A stretch of DNA of 64,000 nucleotides, from NCBI GenBank assembly GCA_965231095.1, contig OZ246416.1, positions 185,228 to 249,227 on the forward strand, given 5' to 3'. A program made the position numbers and the translations under genes. This document shows, one piece after another, positions 53,486 through 63,660 of the stretch. Every line of letters begins with the position of its first letter. Position 1 is the stretch's first letter. A model generated the notes under the pieces. The model did no database searches and was not told where the DNA came from. It saw nothing but the letters and a program-made list of their open reading frames with translations. This stretch comes from an uncultured Gammaproteobacteria bacterium (GTDB taxonomy: Bacteria; Patescibacteriota; Patescibacteriia; XYB2-FULL-38-15).

Positions 53486-55354
53486 ATGAATGGAATTTTA
53501 AATTTTTTGAAGTCGTTGATTAAAAAGAAATCTTTTTGGATAATTGCCGTGATCGTCGTTTTGGGCGGATCGTATTTTGTGAGCGCGGCAATCCGGGGAA
53601 ATAAAATTGAATATGTGACCGAAGAGGTGAAAGTGGGAAATATAAGCCAAACGGTTTCGGCCACGGGAACGGTGACAACGTCAGAAAAAATTGATTTAAA
53701 TTTTAAAACAACAGGAACGCTGAAGGAAATTTCCGTTAGTGAAGATGATGAAGTAAAAACGGGACAGGTTTTAGCCCGTCTTGATGACCGGGCGGCTCGG
53801 GCTCAAGTTTCGCAAGCCCAGGCAAGTTTATCTTCAGCCGTTTCCAATTTAAATAAAATTTTAGCCGGGGCGAGCTCCGAGGATGTTAAAATTTCCGAAC
53901 AGACAGCCAATAACGCGAAGACGGCTTACGAAAACGCCAAGCGGGATTATGACGCGCTCGCGGCAAAATTGGACAGAGACATTGAGGGATATGAAAAAGC
54001 CGTGGCTTCGGCAGAGACATCACTTGCCGACAGCCAGAAAAATTTGGAAAACGCGAAAGTTTATTATAGTCAGGCCGTGTCAAACACGAGAGCGAGCGCC
54101 CTTACTTCTGCGGAGACAAACTTACTTTTGGGCGATATTGTTTTGAATAATATTAATTATAACTTATCAATCGTGAGAAGTGGGTTAACGGCAAACCAAC
54201 AAGAAGTTTATGCGGCCGACAACGACAGGTTGGCGGCGATAAATTTATCGGGTATGGCAAAAAATACTTTGGCTTCCGCAAAAATCAGCAATGATAGTAA
54301 TGAAATTAATTCTGCCTTAAATCAAACTGTCTCGGCTTTAAATAAAACTTCGACTTCATTGTCGCATCTTCTGGCGGCAGCTTCTACCGCCGCGGCAGGC
54401 AGTGCGAATGAGCTTACAACTATTGAAACTTTAAAAACAAGCATAAAAACAGATCAAACTTCAACGTCTACTGCCCTGTCCGCGGTGCAAGCCGCCGAGC
54501 AGGCATTTTTAAACGCGGAAAATAATTATCAAACGCAAACCGATACTTACCAGGCGGCGGTGAATACGGCGAATAATGCTTTGACTACGGCTCGCTCAAA
54601 TCTCGCCACAGCTCTGGCAAGCAAGGACGTCCAACTCGCAAGCTCAAAGGCATCCGTGGACAGCGCCCTGGGTGCTTATAATTTAGCTAAAGCTCAACTT
54701 GATTATAAAAAAGCCGCGCCGCGCACGGTTGACGTTTCCTATTATCGCGCTCAGGTGGCAAGCGCCGCCGCTTCGCTCGAATATTATAAAAGCCAACTGG
54801 AAGATTATATCTTGAAAGCGCCGACCGACGGGAAGATAACTTTTGTAAATTATAGCGCGGGAGAACAGATAAGTTTGACAAAAGCAGTCGTTTCCATGCT
54901 CGGAAAAAATAAATTTTACGTTGAAGTTGATATTCCCGAATCCGATATCGCCAAAATAAAAGTTGGAAATCCGGTGGCCATCACCCTTGACGCTTACTCC
55001 GATGATGTAAAATTCAGCGGCCAGGTGATTTTGATTTATCCGGCGGAAACAATTATTCAGGATGTTGTTTATTATAAAGTTAAAGTGGAAATTAATGAAT
55101 CAACTTATGAGATAAAGTCAGGCATGACGGCAAATTGTGATATCCTTACCGCCAGTCGGGAAAATGTTTTAAATATGCCGTATCGCGCGCTCCAGGAAGA
55201 TGGCGGCAGAAAATTTGCGAGAATTTTAGTAGAGGGAAAACCGGTAGAAAAAGATGTTGAAGTTGGTCTTCGCGGAGATGACGGAGAAATAGAAATAATT
55301 TCCGGATTAAACGCCGGTGAGCAAGTAATTATTTTTGAAAGAACAAATCAGTAA
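53486..55354 (+). CDS. HlyD/MacA-type periplasmic adaptor (membrane fusion) protein with long coiled coil
   Basis: N-terminal TM. A biotinyl/lipoyl-like hairpin (VTTSEKIDLNFKTTGTLKEISVSEDDEVKTGQVLARLDD). About 300 aa of coiled coil. C-terminal beta-barrel. Confidence 0.65.
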   Translation: MNGILNFLKSLIKKKSFWIIAVIVVLGGSYFVSAAIRGNKIEYVTEEVKVGNISQTVSATGTVTTSEKIDLNFKTTGTLKEISVSEDDEVKTGQVLARLDDRAARAQVSQAQASLSSAVSNLNKILAGASSEDVKISEQTANNAKTAYENAKRDYDALAAKLDRDIEGYEKAVASAETSLADSQKNLENAKVYYSQAVSNTRASALTSAETNLLLGDIVLNNINYNLSIVRSGLTANQQEVYAADNDRLAAINLSGMAKNTLASAKISNDSNEINSALNQTVSALNKTSTSLSHLLAAASTAAAGSANELTTIETLKTSIKTDQTSTSTALSAVQAAEQAFLNAENNYQTQTDTYQAAVNTANNALTTARSNLATALASKDVQLASSKASVDSALGAYNLAKAQLDYKKAAPRTVDVSYYRAQVASAAASLEYYKSQLEDYILKAPTDGKITFVNYSAGEQISLTKAVVSMLGKNKFYVEVDIPESDIAKIKVGNPVAITLDAYSDDVKFSGQVILIYPAETIIQDVVYYKVKVEINESTYEIKSGMTANCDILTASRENVLNMPYRALQEDGGRKFARILVEGKPVEKDVEVGLRGDDGEIEIISGLNAGEQVIIFERTNQ

Positions 55355-55356
55355 TT

Positions 55357-56085
55357 ATGGAATCACTTATAAAAACAATTCATCTGTGTAAGGATTATGA
55401 CAATGACGGGGTAATCACGAGCGTCCTGCACGAGGTTGATTTAGAAATTAAAAAAGGGGAATTTGTCGCGATTATGGGGCCGTCCGGTTCCGGAAAATCG
55501 ACTCTGATGCATATTTTGGGATTTTTGGAACGGCCGACGCACGGCCAATATTTTTTTGAAGATAAGGATTCGGGCGCGCTCTCGGATGACGAGTTGGCGG
55601 TTATCAGAAATGAAAAGGTTGGTTTTATTTTTCAGGCGTTTAATCTTTTGCCAAAAACTTCGGTTTATGACAACGTGAAACTTCCCCTGCTTTATGATGA
55701 AAAACGCAGAATTAAAAATCAGCACGAAGCCATAATTAATGCCATTAAAGCGGTCGGGCTTTATCATCGCATGAATAATTTATCCAATCAGCTTTCGGGT
55801 GGAGAAAAACAAAGAGTGGCGATTGCCCGAGCGCTTGTGACTGAGCCGGAAGTTATTTTTGCCGATGAGCCGACTGGAAATTTGGATTCCAAAAGCGGAA
55901 AAATTGTGATGGAAATTTTGCAGACCTTAAACGAGAAAGGAAAAACAATAATTCTCGTCACTCACGAAAAATATACGGCCGAACACGCGCGGCGCATAGT
56001 TAAAATTATGGATGGGACGGTAGAGGGGGATATGGAGGTTAAGGAACGCTTATTGGCAAAAAATTCTGAAGATTTAATAAAATAA
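55357..56085 (+). CDS. ABC transporter ATP-binding protein (MacB/LolD-type)
   Basis: Walker [11 protein letters not shown]-loop. Signature [15 protein letters not shown]. Walker [14 protein letters not shown]-loop. Confidence 0.85.
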   Translation: MESLIKTIHLCKDYDNDGVITSVLHEVDLEIKKGEFVAIMGPSGSGKSTLMHILGFLERPTHGQYFFEDKDSGALSDDELAVIRNEKVGFIFQAFNLLPKTSVYDNVKLPLLYDEKRRIKNQHEAIINAIKAVGLYHRMNNLSNQLSGGEKQRVAIARALVTEPEVIFADEPTGNLDSKSGKIVMEILQTLNEKGKTIILVTHEKYTAEHARRIVKIMDGTVEGDMEVKERLLAKNSEDLIK

Positions 56086-56087
56086 TT

Positions 56088-57329
56088 ATGGATTGGCGCG
56101 GAACATTTCGCATCGCCTTCATTGGTTTAAAAGCAAAAAAATCCCGGACATTTATGACAATGCTCGGGATAATTATTGGTATTTCTTCGGTGATTATTAT
56201 TATTTCCGTGGGAAACGGCGCGCAAAGTTTAATTTTAAATCAGATTCAGGGAATGGGATCAAATTTAATCGGGATTTTTCCTGGAGTGTCCGAGGAAGAG
56301 GGTCCGCCGCCGTCGGCTCTGGGGATTGTTGACACAAGCTTGAAAAATGAAGATTTGGATGTTTTACTTTTGAATAATAATGTTCCAAACGCTGTGGCCG
56401 TGACTTATTATAATCGCGGAGTGGATACTCTGCAATGGCGGGCGAATAAATACGACGGCACCTATGTCGGAACAACGGCGAGCTACACGGCGGTGCATGA
56501 CGCCGAAGTTACAAGCGGCCGTTTTTTTAATGAAGATGAAGAAAAAAATTTGGCTAGAGTCGTAGTGCTCGGGTCAGCGGTCAAAAATGAACTTTTTGGG
56601 ACGAACGATCCGATCGGGAAAAATATAAAAATTAGAAAAGAAGAATTTAAAGTGATAGGAGTGATGGAAGAAAGAGGAACTCAACTTTTTGAAAATCAAG
56701 ATAATTTGGTTTTTATTCCCATTTCCACCTGCCAAAAAATAATGCAGGGAGTTGATTATATTTCTCTTGCCAGAGTGCAGATTGATTCGGAAGAAAACAC
56801 CGAGCAGGCAATAGTCGACATCAGAAGAACTTTGCGCGACCGGCATAATTTGGATCAGGGTGATCCGGACGATTTTAGTATTAGGGCGCAAACTCAAGCT
56901 ATTGAAATTTTTTCCGCCATTACCGATTCCCTTACGTATTTTTTGGCGGCCATTGCCGCGATCTCGCTTTTGGTTGGTGGCATTGGGATTATGAATATAA
57001 TGTTGATTGCCGTGGTAGAACGCACGCGGGAAGTCGGCTTGAGAAAGGCTCTAGGCGCGAAGAATAAAAATATTTTGAGCCAGTTTTTGGCTGAAGCGGT
57101 GGTAGTGACTTTTTCCGGCGGACTTCTTGGCGTGGTCTTTGGAATTTTAATTTCACTTTTGGTCGCGGCGGTGGCGCGGCAGCTTGGATATCAGTGGGAT
57201 TTTTTGGTTTCTTATAGGGCGATTTTACTTTCTTGTTCAATTTCTATTTTAATCGGTTTAGTTTTTGGAATTTATCCGGCGCGAAAAGCGTCGAGGTTAA
57301 ATCCGATTGAAGCCCTGCGATATGAATAA
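56088..57329 (+). CDS. ABC transporter permease (FtsX/MacB family)
   Basis: N-terminal TM, a large extracytoplasmic MacB_PCD-like domain, and a C-terminal 3-TM FtsX domain. Confidence 0.7.
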   Translation: MDWRGTFRIAFIGLKAKKSRTFMTMLGIIIGISSVIIIISVGNGAQSLILNQIQGMGSNLIGIFPGVSEEEGPPPSALGIVDTSLKNEDLDVLLLNNNVPNAVAVTYYNRGVDTLQWRANKYDGTYVGTTASYTAVHDAEVTSGRFFNEDEEKNLARVVVLGSAVKNELFGTNDPIGKNIKIRKEEFKVIGVMEERGTQLFENQDNLVFIPISTCQKIMQGVDYISLARVQIDSEENTEQAIVDIRRTLRDRHNLDQGDPDDFSIRAQTQAIEIFSAITDSLTYFLAAIAAISLLVGGIGIMNIMLIAVVERTREVGLRKALGAKNKNILSQFLAEAVVVTFSGGLLGVVFGILISLLVAAVARQLGYQWDFLVSYRAILLSCSISILIGLVFGIYPARKASRLNPIEALRYE

Positions 57330-57378
57330 AAATTAATCCTAACCTACAGATAAAATTCAAATCCACAAATTATATAAA

Positions 57379-58635
57379 ATGAACTTATCCTTTTTAAAAA
57401 CTCCGATCAATATCGCCACAAGTGCGCTTTTCCGGCATAAGCTTCGGGCGGTTTTGACGATCTTGGGAATCACAGTTGGCATCACCTCCGTGATTGTCGT
57501 ACTTTCGGCCGGCCGGGCGATTGAAGATTTTATTGTTGGACAGGTGACAATGTTTGGAACAGATTATATAAACGTTGAAGTTAAAATTCCCTCAACCGCG
57601 CACGTTTCAAGCGAAAATATTTCCGGCATGAGCCAAGGAGTTACGGTGACAACCCTGAAGGAAAAAGACGCACAAGAATTAAAAGAACTCCCCAACGTCC
57701 GCGATGTTTATTCCGGCCAAACCGGCCAGGCGGTTTTTTCTTATAAAGATCAAAATAAAGTTGTTTTAATTTTTGGCGTGACCGCTTCTTTTGACGAGAT
57801 TGATTCCGGGGAGGTGGGCGAGGGAAGATTTTTTTCTGACGCGGAAGATAAAAGCTTAGCGCGCGTTGTGGTTTTAGGAAGTAATCTTAAGAAAAAACTT
57901 TTTGGTGAAGAAGAAGCGATTGGGAAAATGGTGAAAGTTAAAAAACAAAATTATCGGGTGATTGGGGTGATGCGGGAGAGGGGGAGCGCCGGGATTTTTT
58001 CCATGGATGATATCGCCATCCTGCCGCTTCGGACTTTGCAAAAATTAATCTTGGGAGTTGATTACGTTCAATTTATTTATGTTCAAGTGGAAGATACGTC
58101 TTTAAGTGATGTGACGGTTTTAGATATTACTTCAAGGATGCGTGAATTGCACGAGATAGATGATCCCAAAAAAGATGATTTTGCCGTGATGTCGGCGGCC
58201 GAAGGGCTGGCGTTGCTCGGCACGATCAGCGGCGCGATAAAAATTTTACTTTTTGCTCTGGCCAGCATTTCGCTTGTCGTGGGCGGCGTGGGGATTATGA
58301 ATGTGATGTATGTCGCCGTGGCCGAGAGGACTTTTGAGATCGGATTGCGAAAAGCGATTGGCGCCAAGCGCAAAGATATCTTAAGCCAATTTTTGGCCGA
58401 AGCCGTGGCCATAACTTTTTTGGGTGGAATTGCCGGGACAATTTTGGGAACATTGATTTCTTTTTTAGTAAGTATTATTGCGAACTCATTGGGCTTCGCT
58501 TGGAAGTTTCATTTGTCGCCGCAATATATTATGCTTGCGGTCGGCGCTTCGGTTTTAGTCGGCCTGATTTCCGGAATTTATCCGGCCAGGGCCGCCTCGC
58601 GCCTCGAGCCGATAGTGGCTTTAAAAAGAGAGTAA
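57379..58635 (+). CDS. second ABC transporter permease (FtsX/MacB family)
   Basis: Same architecture as the 56088..57329 gene (paralog). The C-terminus reads IYPARAASRLEPIVALKRE versus IYPARKASRLNPIEALRYE. Confidence 0.7.
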   Translation: MNLSFLKTPINIATSALFRHKLRAVLTILGITVGITSVIVVLSAGRAIEDFIVGQVTMFGTDYINVEVKIPSTAHVSSENISGMSQGVTVTTLKEKDAQELKELPNVRDVYSGQTGQAVFSYKDQNKVVLIFGVTASFDEIDSGEVGEGRFFSDAEDKSLARVVVLGSNLKKKLFGEEEAIGKMVKVKKQNYRVIGVMRERGSAGIFSMDDIAILPLRTLQKLILGVDYVQFIYVQVEDTSLSDVTVLDITSRMRELHEIDDPKKDDFAVMSAAEGLALLGTISGAIKILLFALASISLVVGGVGIMNVMYVAVAERTFEIGLRKAIGAKRKDILSQFLAEAVAITFLGGIAGTILGTLISFLVSIIANSLGFAWKFHLSPQYIMLAVGASVLVGLISGIYPARAASRLEPIVALKRE

Positions 58636-58650
58636 TTAATCTTAAATATT

Positions 58651-58971
58651 TTGACTATGAAAAATCAAAAAGTTTGGTTGTGGTCGGCGGCGAACGCTAT
58701 TGGAGTTTTTGCTTATGTGATGCTCGTGGTTTTGGTAATGTCGAACGCCGAGAGAATTTTTGGCGCAGATGGAAAATTTTGGGGACCAGTCTCATTTCTC
58801 TTGCTTTTCGTTTTTTCCGCGCTCGTCTGTGGACTTTTAGTTTTTGGCCGGCCAATTTATCTTTGGTTTGATAATGCAAAAAAAGAAGCCGTGAAAATGC
58901 TTCTCTTTACCGTAGCAAATTTGTTTGTGATACTTTTGCTTGCGTTGCTGGTGAATATTTTGGTTAGGTAG
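58651..58971 (+). CDS. small 3-TM membrane protein (106 aa)
   Basis: Hydrophobic ORF 15 nt after the permease. Confidence 0.3.
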   Translation: MTMKNQKVWLWSAANAIGVFAYVMLVVLVMSNAERIFGADGKFWGPVSFLLLFVFSALVCGLLVFGRPIYLWFDNAKKEAVKMLLFTVANLFVILLLALLVNILVR

Positions 58972-58989
58972 AACCATGTTTAATTTTAA

Positions 58990-59023
58990 AAAACGGGCTT
59001 TAGCGGCCCGTTTTTTATTTTTT
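58990..59023. terminator. bidirectional intrinsic terminator between convergent genes
   Basis: aaacgggc tttagc ggcccgttt hairpin flanked by A-run and T-run (aaaaaacgggc...gcccgttttttatttttt). Confidence 0.5.
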
Positions 59024-59656
59024 AAGATTTAGTTTTTGGGCAGGGATAGCGCCGGAGCGGAGGACGGTCGGCGGTGAGGTGGTGCAATCCAAAATAGTTG
59101 ATTCCATGCCAAGTTTAGTTTTTCCGCCGTCTAAAATCAGATCAATTTTATTGTTCAGATATTTTTTGACGGCGCGCGTAGTGGTTGGACTTTTTTTGCC
59201 CGAGATGTTTGCGGAGGTTGCGGCGAGCGGCCGGCCGAGCGCCCGAATGATCGCGAGGGCCACGGAGTTTGCTGGCACGCGAACGCCGACGGAATTTTTT
59301 TCGGCGGTAACCGCGTCGGAGATTATTTTTTTCTTCTTGAGTATGATTGTTAGCGGTCCTGGCCAAAATTTATTGGTTAGTTTTTTGATGACCCGACTTT
59401 CTTCGGGATTCCGTGATTTAGTGAATTTTAGTAAATCATTTTTCCCCGCGATTAAAATTGGCAGGGGACTTGTGGTCGGACGGTTTTTAACTTTATAAAT
59501 TTTTTTTACGGCGCGGGGATTTGTCGCGTCGGCTCCCAAGCCATAAACCGTGTCGGTGGGAAAGGCAATCAAACCGCCGCGACGGAGAATTGAAACCGCC
59601 CGATTTATTTTAGCGGGTTCGGGGTTGCGTGAGCTTATTTTAATAATTAAAGTCAT
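59015..59656 (-). CDS. tsaC: L-threonylcarbamoyladenylate synthase (YrdC/Sua5/TsaC family)
   Basis: RGGLIAFPTDTVYGLGADATNP and KNRPTTSPLPIL motifs. Length about 213 aa. Confidence 0.7.
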   Translation of the reverse strand: MTLIIKISSRNPEPAKINRAVSILRRGGLIAFPTDTVYGLGADATNPRAVKKIYKVKNRPTTSPLPILIAGKNDLLKFTKSRNPEESRVIKKLTNKFWPGPLTIILKKKKIISDAVTAEKNSVGVRVPANSVALAIIRALGRPLAATSANISGKKSPTTTRAVKKYLNNKIDLILDGGKTKLGMESTILDCTTSPPTVLRSGAIPAQKLNLKK

Positions 59657-59657
59657 T

Positions 59658-61349
59658 TTATAAATAAGCGTACAACACGTATCTCCTCATCATCCGGTGC
59701 GTATTGAAATAATAAGCTAGTTTGCTGATGGAATTTTCCATCATATTCATCCATTCATCGCGGCGGTCGTAATAGGTCGGTAATATCGTGTATTCAAGTT
59801 TATTATATAAATCATCTAATTCTCTTTTTTCTGAGGTGGCCGGATTTATTTTTTCATCCGGCCCGGGACCGATTGACCAGCCCGTCACGCCCTCCACGAA
59901 TCCCTCCAACCACCAACCGTCTAAAACGGAAAAATTCAAAACTCCGTTATGCGCCGCCTTCATTCCCGAAGTTCCCGACGCTTCCATTGGCCGCTCCGGA
60001 GTGTTCAACCAAACGTCGCATCCGGAAGTTAATTTTTTTGTCATTTCAATATCGTAGTTTGGCAAATAAACTATTTTTATTTTTCCTTTTAATTTTTTAA
60101 TATTTTGAAAAACCTCTCTGATTATTTTTTTTCCGCCAAGATCTCGCGGGTGAGCTTTGCCGGCATAAATTATCTGTAAAGGAAATTTTTTAGCAATTTC
60201 TTTAAGCCGCGGAAGATTTTTAAAAATAAGATTGTGCCGCTTGTAAGATGTGGCGCGGCGGGCAAAACCAATAGTCAAAACATCTTTTTTCATGCCAACG
60301 CCGGTCGAACGATTCACATAGTCAATCAATTCTTTTTTTGCCTTTTCCCTCGCCTTCCAAATTTCTTCGTTGGGAATTATCGGCGCGCGGATAAAAAGTT
60401 CTGGTTCGGATTTCCAGCCCGCCAAATATTTATCATAAAGTTTTTGAAAAGCGGGATGGGTCCAGGTATAAGAATGAACGCCGTTTGTGATGGCATGAAT
60501 CTCATAACCCGGAAACATTTTCTCAGAAATTTCTTTATGTTTTTTCGCCACACCGTTTACGTAAGCGCTTAAATTAAAAGCGAGGCGCGTCATATTTAAA
60601 TTTTTTTTGCCGCAAAGTTTCCGGAGAAGTTCGGGGGCGACCTGCGCTTCCATCTGTTCTTCCGCAAGCGCGTAATCAAAATGATCGTGTCCGGCGGCGA
60701 CCGGCGTGTGAGTTGTGAAAACGCATTGTTTTTTTGTTTTTTCCAAATCAAAATTATTAATCCGTAAAAGTTCCAAAGTTAAAAACGCGGCATGGCCTTC
60801 GTTCATGTGGTATTTTTTGACATCAACGCCGAGCGATTTTAGGATGCGCGTTCCGCCGATGCCTAAAACCATTTCCTGTTTCAGGCGATATTTTGAATCG
60901 CCGCCGTAAAGAAAATAAGAAATTTGCCGGTCTTTCAAAATATTTTCCGGGAGGTCGGTATCAAGAAAAATGACGTGGGCTTTTGCTCCGGTCGCGCCGC
61001 GCACCGTATAGAGCCAGGGTTTAATCACAACTCGCCGGCCATGGATATGGACTTCGGTCGTCGCGGGCAGGGGAGTCAAATATTTTTTTGGATTCCATTT
61101 TACCGGATGTTCAATTTGCCGGCCATCGCGGGTCAATTCCTGCGTGAAATATCCTTTATGATTTAAAAGCGTGACGGCGATAAAAGGAATTTCCAAGTCC
61201 GCCGCGGATTTTGTCGCATCTCCCGCTAAAATTCCCAGGCCGCCGCTATAGGTCGGAATTTCTTCGCGAAGCCCGATTTCCATCGTAAAATAAGCGATCT
61301 TCGGTTCGTTTGTCAAATTTTTTAATTCAGAAATTTTTTTGGTTTGCAT
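59658..61349 (-). CDS. alpha-glucan phosphorylase (GT35 family, short archaeal-type form)
   Basis: PLP-lysine region MEASGTSGMKAAHNGVLNFSVLDGWW. N-terminal FTMEIGL...SGGLGILAGD. Length 563 aa. Confidence 0.7.
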   Translation of the reverse strand: MQTKKISELKNLTNEPKIAYFTMEIGLREEIPTYSGGLGILAGDATKSAADLEIPFIAVTLLNHKGYFTQELTRDGRQIEHPVKWNPKKYLTPLPATTEVHIHGRRVVIKPWLYTVRGATGAKAHVIFLDTDLPENILKDRQISYFLYGGDSKYRLKQEMVLGIGGTRILKSLGVDVKKYHMNEGHAAFLTLELLRINNFDLEKTKKQCVFTTHTPVAAGHDHFDYALAEEQMEAQVAPELLRKLCGKKNLNMTRLAFNLSAYVNGVAKKHKEISEKMFPGYEIHAITNGVHSYTWTHPAFQKLYDKYLAGWKSEPELFIRAPIIPNEEIWKAREKAKKELIDYVNRSTGVGMKKDVLTIGFARRATSYKRHNLIFKNLPRLKEIAKKFPLQIIYAGKAHPRDLGGKKIIREVFQNIKKLKGKIKIVYLPNYDIEMTKKLTSGCDVWLNTPERPMEASGTSGMKAAHNGVLNFSVLDGWWLEGFVEGVTGWSIGPGPDEKINPATSEKRELDDLYNKLEYTILPTYYDRRDEWMNMMENSISKLAYYFNTHRMMRRYVLYAYL

Positions 61350-61511
61350 ACCTTTACTTTAAACTGATTTTAAACTACAATATTAGAGCGAATGATTTGA
61401 TAATTGTAGCATAAATCTGTGGGCAAGGCGACTGATTTCTGGATTTTCTAAAATAAAAAAAGCCCCGGGTCAAATTGATTGACTCGAGGCGGTGGCGTGT
61501 CGACGCCAGGA

Positions 61512-61760
61512 CTAGTACATGGATCGCAGGTCTCGCAGAGCGCTGTCCATGGGAGCGTGTCCTTTGCACCAGCAGTTGTGACAGTCGCCGCGCTCCTTGT
61601 GGGCGAGTGCCTTCCGGACGAGTTCCGGCCAGTAGGGGCCGGAGTTCAAGACAACGGTCTCGCCATTCCGCCTTTCCAGCTTGATCTCGCCGTTCTTGAT
61701 CGCTCGGTAGATTGCAGCGAACTTCTTGCACTGGTTCGGATTCTGACGTTTGCCTGCCAT
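61512..61760 (-). CDS. small Cys/His-rich protein (82 aa) in a GC-rich islet
   Basis: MAGKRQNPNQCKKF...GDCHNCWCKGHAPMD. AAGGAGGA Shine-Dalgarno 7 nt upstream on the minus strand. Local GC ~60% versus ~40% in flanks. Confidence 0.35.
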   Translation of the reverse strand: MAGKRQNPNQCKKFAAIYRAIKNGEIKLERRNGETVVLNSGPYWPELVRKALAHKERGDCHNCWCKGHAPMDSALRDLRSMY

Positions 61761-61845
61761 GCTGTCCTCCTTCTGTGGCAGAAATTGTCCGCGTGATAAA
61801 ATCATATTGTAATATTTAATGTTTTTTGTCAAGCCATAATTTAAT

Positions 61846-63639
61846 ATGCCCGATTCGCAAGTTGAAGAAATAAAAAACCGCCTGGACATTGTGGAAGTCG
61901 TCGGTGAATATGTGTCAAACATGAAACAGGCCGGCGGTAATTGGAAGGGGCTTTGTCCGTTTCATAATGAGAAGACGCCTTCTTTTATGGTTTCCAAGGA
62001 CAAGCAGATTTGGCATTGTTTCGGCTGCGGCGAGGGAGGTGATGTAATAAGTTTTGTCCAAAAAGTTGAAAATATTGAATTTCCCGAAGCGCTTAAAATT
62101 CTGGCCAAGCGAGCTGGCGTGACGTTGCGTTACGAAGATAAAAGTTTATCAAATCAAAAAACAAAATTGCTTGACGTCCTGGAAGCGGCGGCAAGATTTT
62201 ATCATTACAATTTGTTGAAAATGCCCGAGGCCGAAGAAGCGAGAAAATATATTTTTATAAAACGTGCTCTGACAGAGGAAACAGTGGAAAAATTTTTTCT
62301 TGGCTTCGCGCCGAATTCTTGGGACGCGGCCATAAAATTTTTGCGCGGAAAAGGATTTTCGGAAAAAGATATTTTCTTGGCCGGGCTTTCCGTTAAGAAA
62401 GAACGGGGCGCGGGATATTACGATCGTTTCCGAGAAAGAATTATGTTTCCCATCCGCGACATTCACGGTCACGTAGTCGGATTTACGGCGCGCTTGATGC
62501 CCGAGGCGGAAAAAAAAGAAAACGCCGGAGGAAAATATGTAAACACGCCGCAAACTTTGGTGTACGATAAGAGTCGCGTGATTTTTGGGCTTGATTTTGC
62601 CAAGCAAGAAATTAAAAAAGAAAATTTAGCGGTGATGGTTGAGGGAAATATGGATGTGATCGCCTCGCATCAGGCCGGCGTGGGAAATGTTGTGGCCTCC
62701 TCGGGCACGGCTGTGACCCTGGAGCAAGTGAATTTGTTGAAAAGATATTCGCCGAATTTGGCAATCTCTTTTGACGCGGATTTGGCGGGCAATACGGCGG
62801 CGATGAGAGGGATAGATGTTGCCTTAAAAGAGGGGATTAATATTAAAGTTATAATGCTCTCGCCCGAAATTGGAAAAGATCCGGATGATTATATTAAGAA
62901 AGATCCGGCGCTATGGCGCGAGGTGATCTCAAACGCCATGGCTTTCATGGATTATTACATTAAAAAAACTTTGGACGGGCTTGATTTACGAAAAGTGGAA
63001 GACAAGAAAAAAGCGGCAAAAACTTTATTGGCGCAAGTTATAAAAATTCCGGATAAAGTTGAACAAACTTTTTATCTTGAAAAATTGGGAAATATTTTGG
63101 GAGTGCCGGAGCAGGTTTTGCGAGAATCTTTGCCGCACGAAAAAGCGGCGGCCGGTTTGGCGGCGCCTGATAAAAAAAATGTCGCCACTGCGGCAAAAAA
63201 TCGCCTTTCGCTTATTGCCGAAAGATTGATCGCCCTGGTTTTTAAGTATCCTAATCAACTGTCTCTGGCCATTCCATATCTTGAGCCATTTATGTTTCCC
63301 GACCGGCTGTCGGCGGAAATTTACAAGAACTTAATTTTATATTATAATAAGTCTGTGGATAAAGGGGATTTGGAGAGCGCAATGACGGCGGTTTCCGAGG
63401 ATCCTAATGAAAAAAAATACGTCGCGAGCCTATTTCTTCTGGCGGAAAAAGATTTTTCCGATTTTAGCGAGGAAGAAATCGGAAATGAAATTTTACAGAA
63501 CGCAAAATCTCTGCGCGAGGACTATATTAAAAATGAACAAAGACGGCTGCAAGCTGAAATGAAAAAGGCGGAAGAAAATAAAGAGATTGGGCGGATAAAA
63601 GAATTGGCTGAAGAATTTAATAAGTTGATAAACATTTAA
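61846..63639 (+). CDS. dnaG: DNA primase
   Basis: CHC2 zinc finger CPFHNEKTPSF...CFGCG. TOPRIM EGNMDVIA and DxD region SFDADLAG. Confidence 0.85.
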   Translation: MPDSQVEEIKNRLDIVEVVGEYVSNMKQAGGNWKGLCPFHNEKTPSFMVSKDKQIWHCFGCGEGGDVISFVQKVENIEFPEALKILAKRAGVTLRYEDKSLSNQKTKLLDVLEAAARFYHYNLLKMPEAEEARKYIFIKRALTEETVEKFFLGFAPNSWDAAIKFLRGKGFSEKDIFLAGLSVKKERGAGYYDRFRERIMFPIRDIHGHVVGFTARLMPEAEKKENAGGKYVNTPQTLVYDKSRVIFGLDFAKQEIKKENLAVMVEGNMDVIASHQAGVGNVVASSGTAVTLEQVNLLKRYSPNLAISFDADLAGNTAAMRGIDVALKEGINIKVIMLSPEIGKDPDDYIKKDPALWREVISNAMAFMDYYIKKTLDGLDLRKVEDKKKAAKTLLAQVIKIPDKVEQTFYLEKLGNILGVPEQVLRESLPHEKAAAGLAAPDKKNVATAAKNRLSLIAERLIALVFKYPNQLSLAIPYLEPFMFPDRLSAEIYKNLILYYNKSVDKGDLESAMTAVSEDPNEKKYVASLFLLAEKDFSDFSEEEIGNEILQNAKSLREDYIKNEQRRLQAEMKKAEENKEIGRIKELAEEFNKLINI

Positions 63640-63660
63640 TTAATTTTAAAAATTTAATTA

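Noticed and set aside
61475-61796. Plus-strand ORFs (69 and 105 aa) in the GC-rich islet
   Set aside because: All frames are open because of the high GC. Only the minus-strand ORF has a strong Shine-Dalgarno sequence and a plausible Cys/His cluster.
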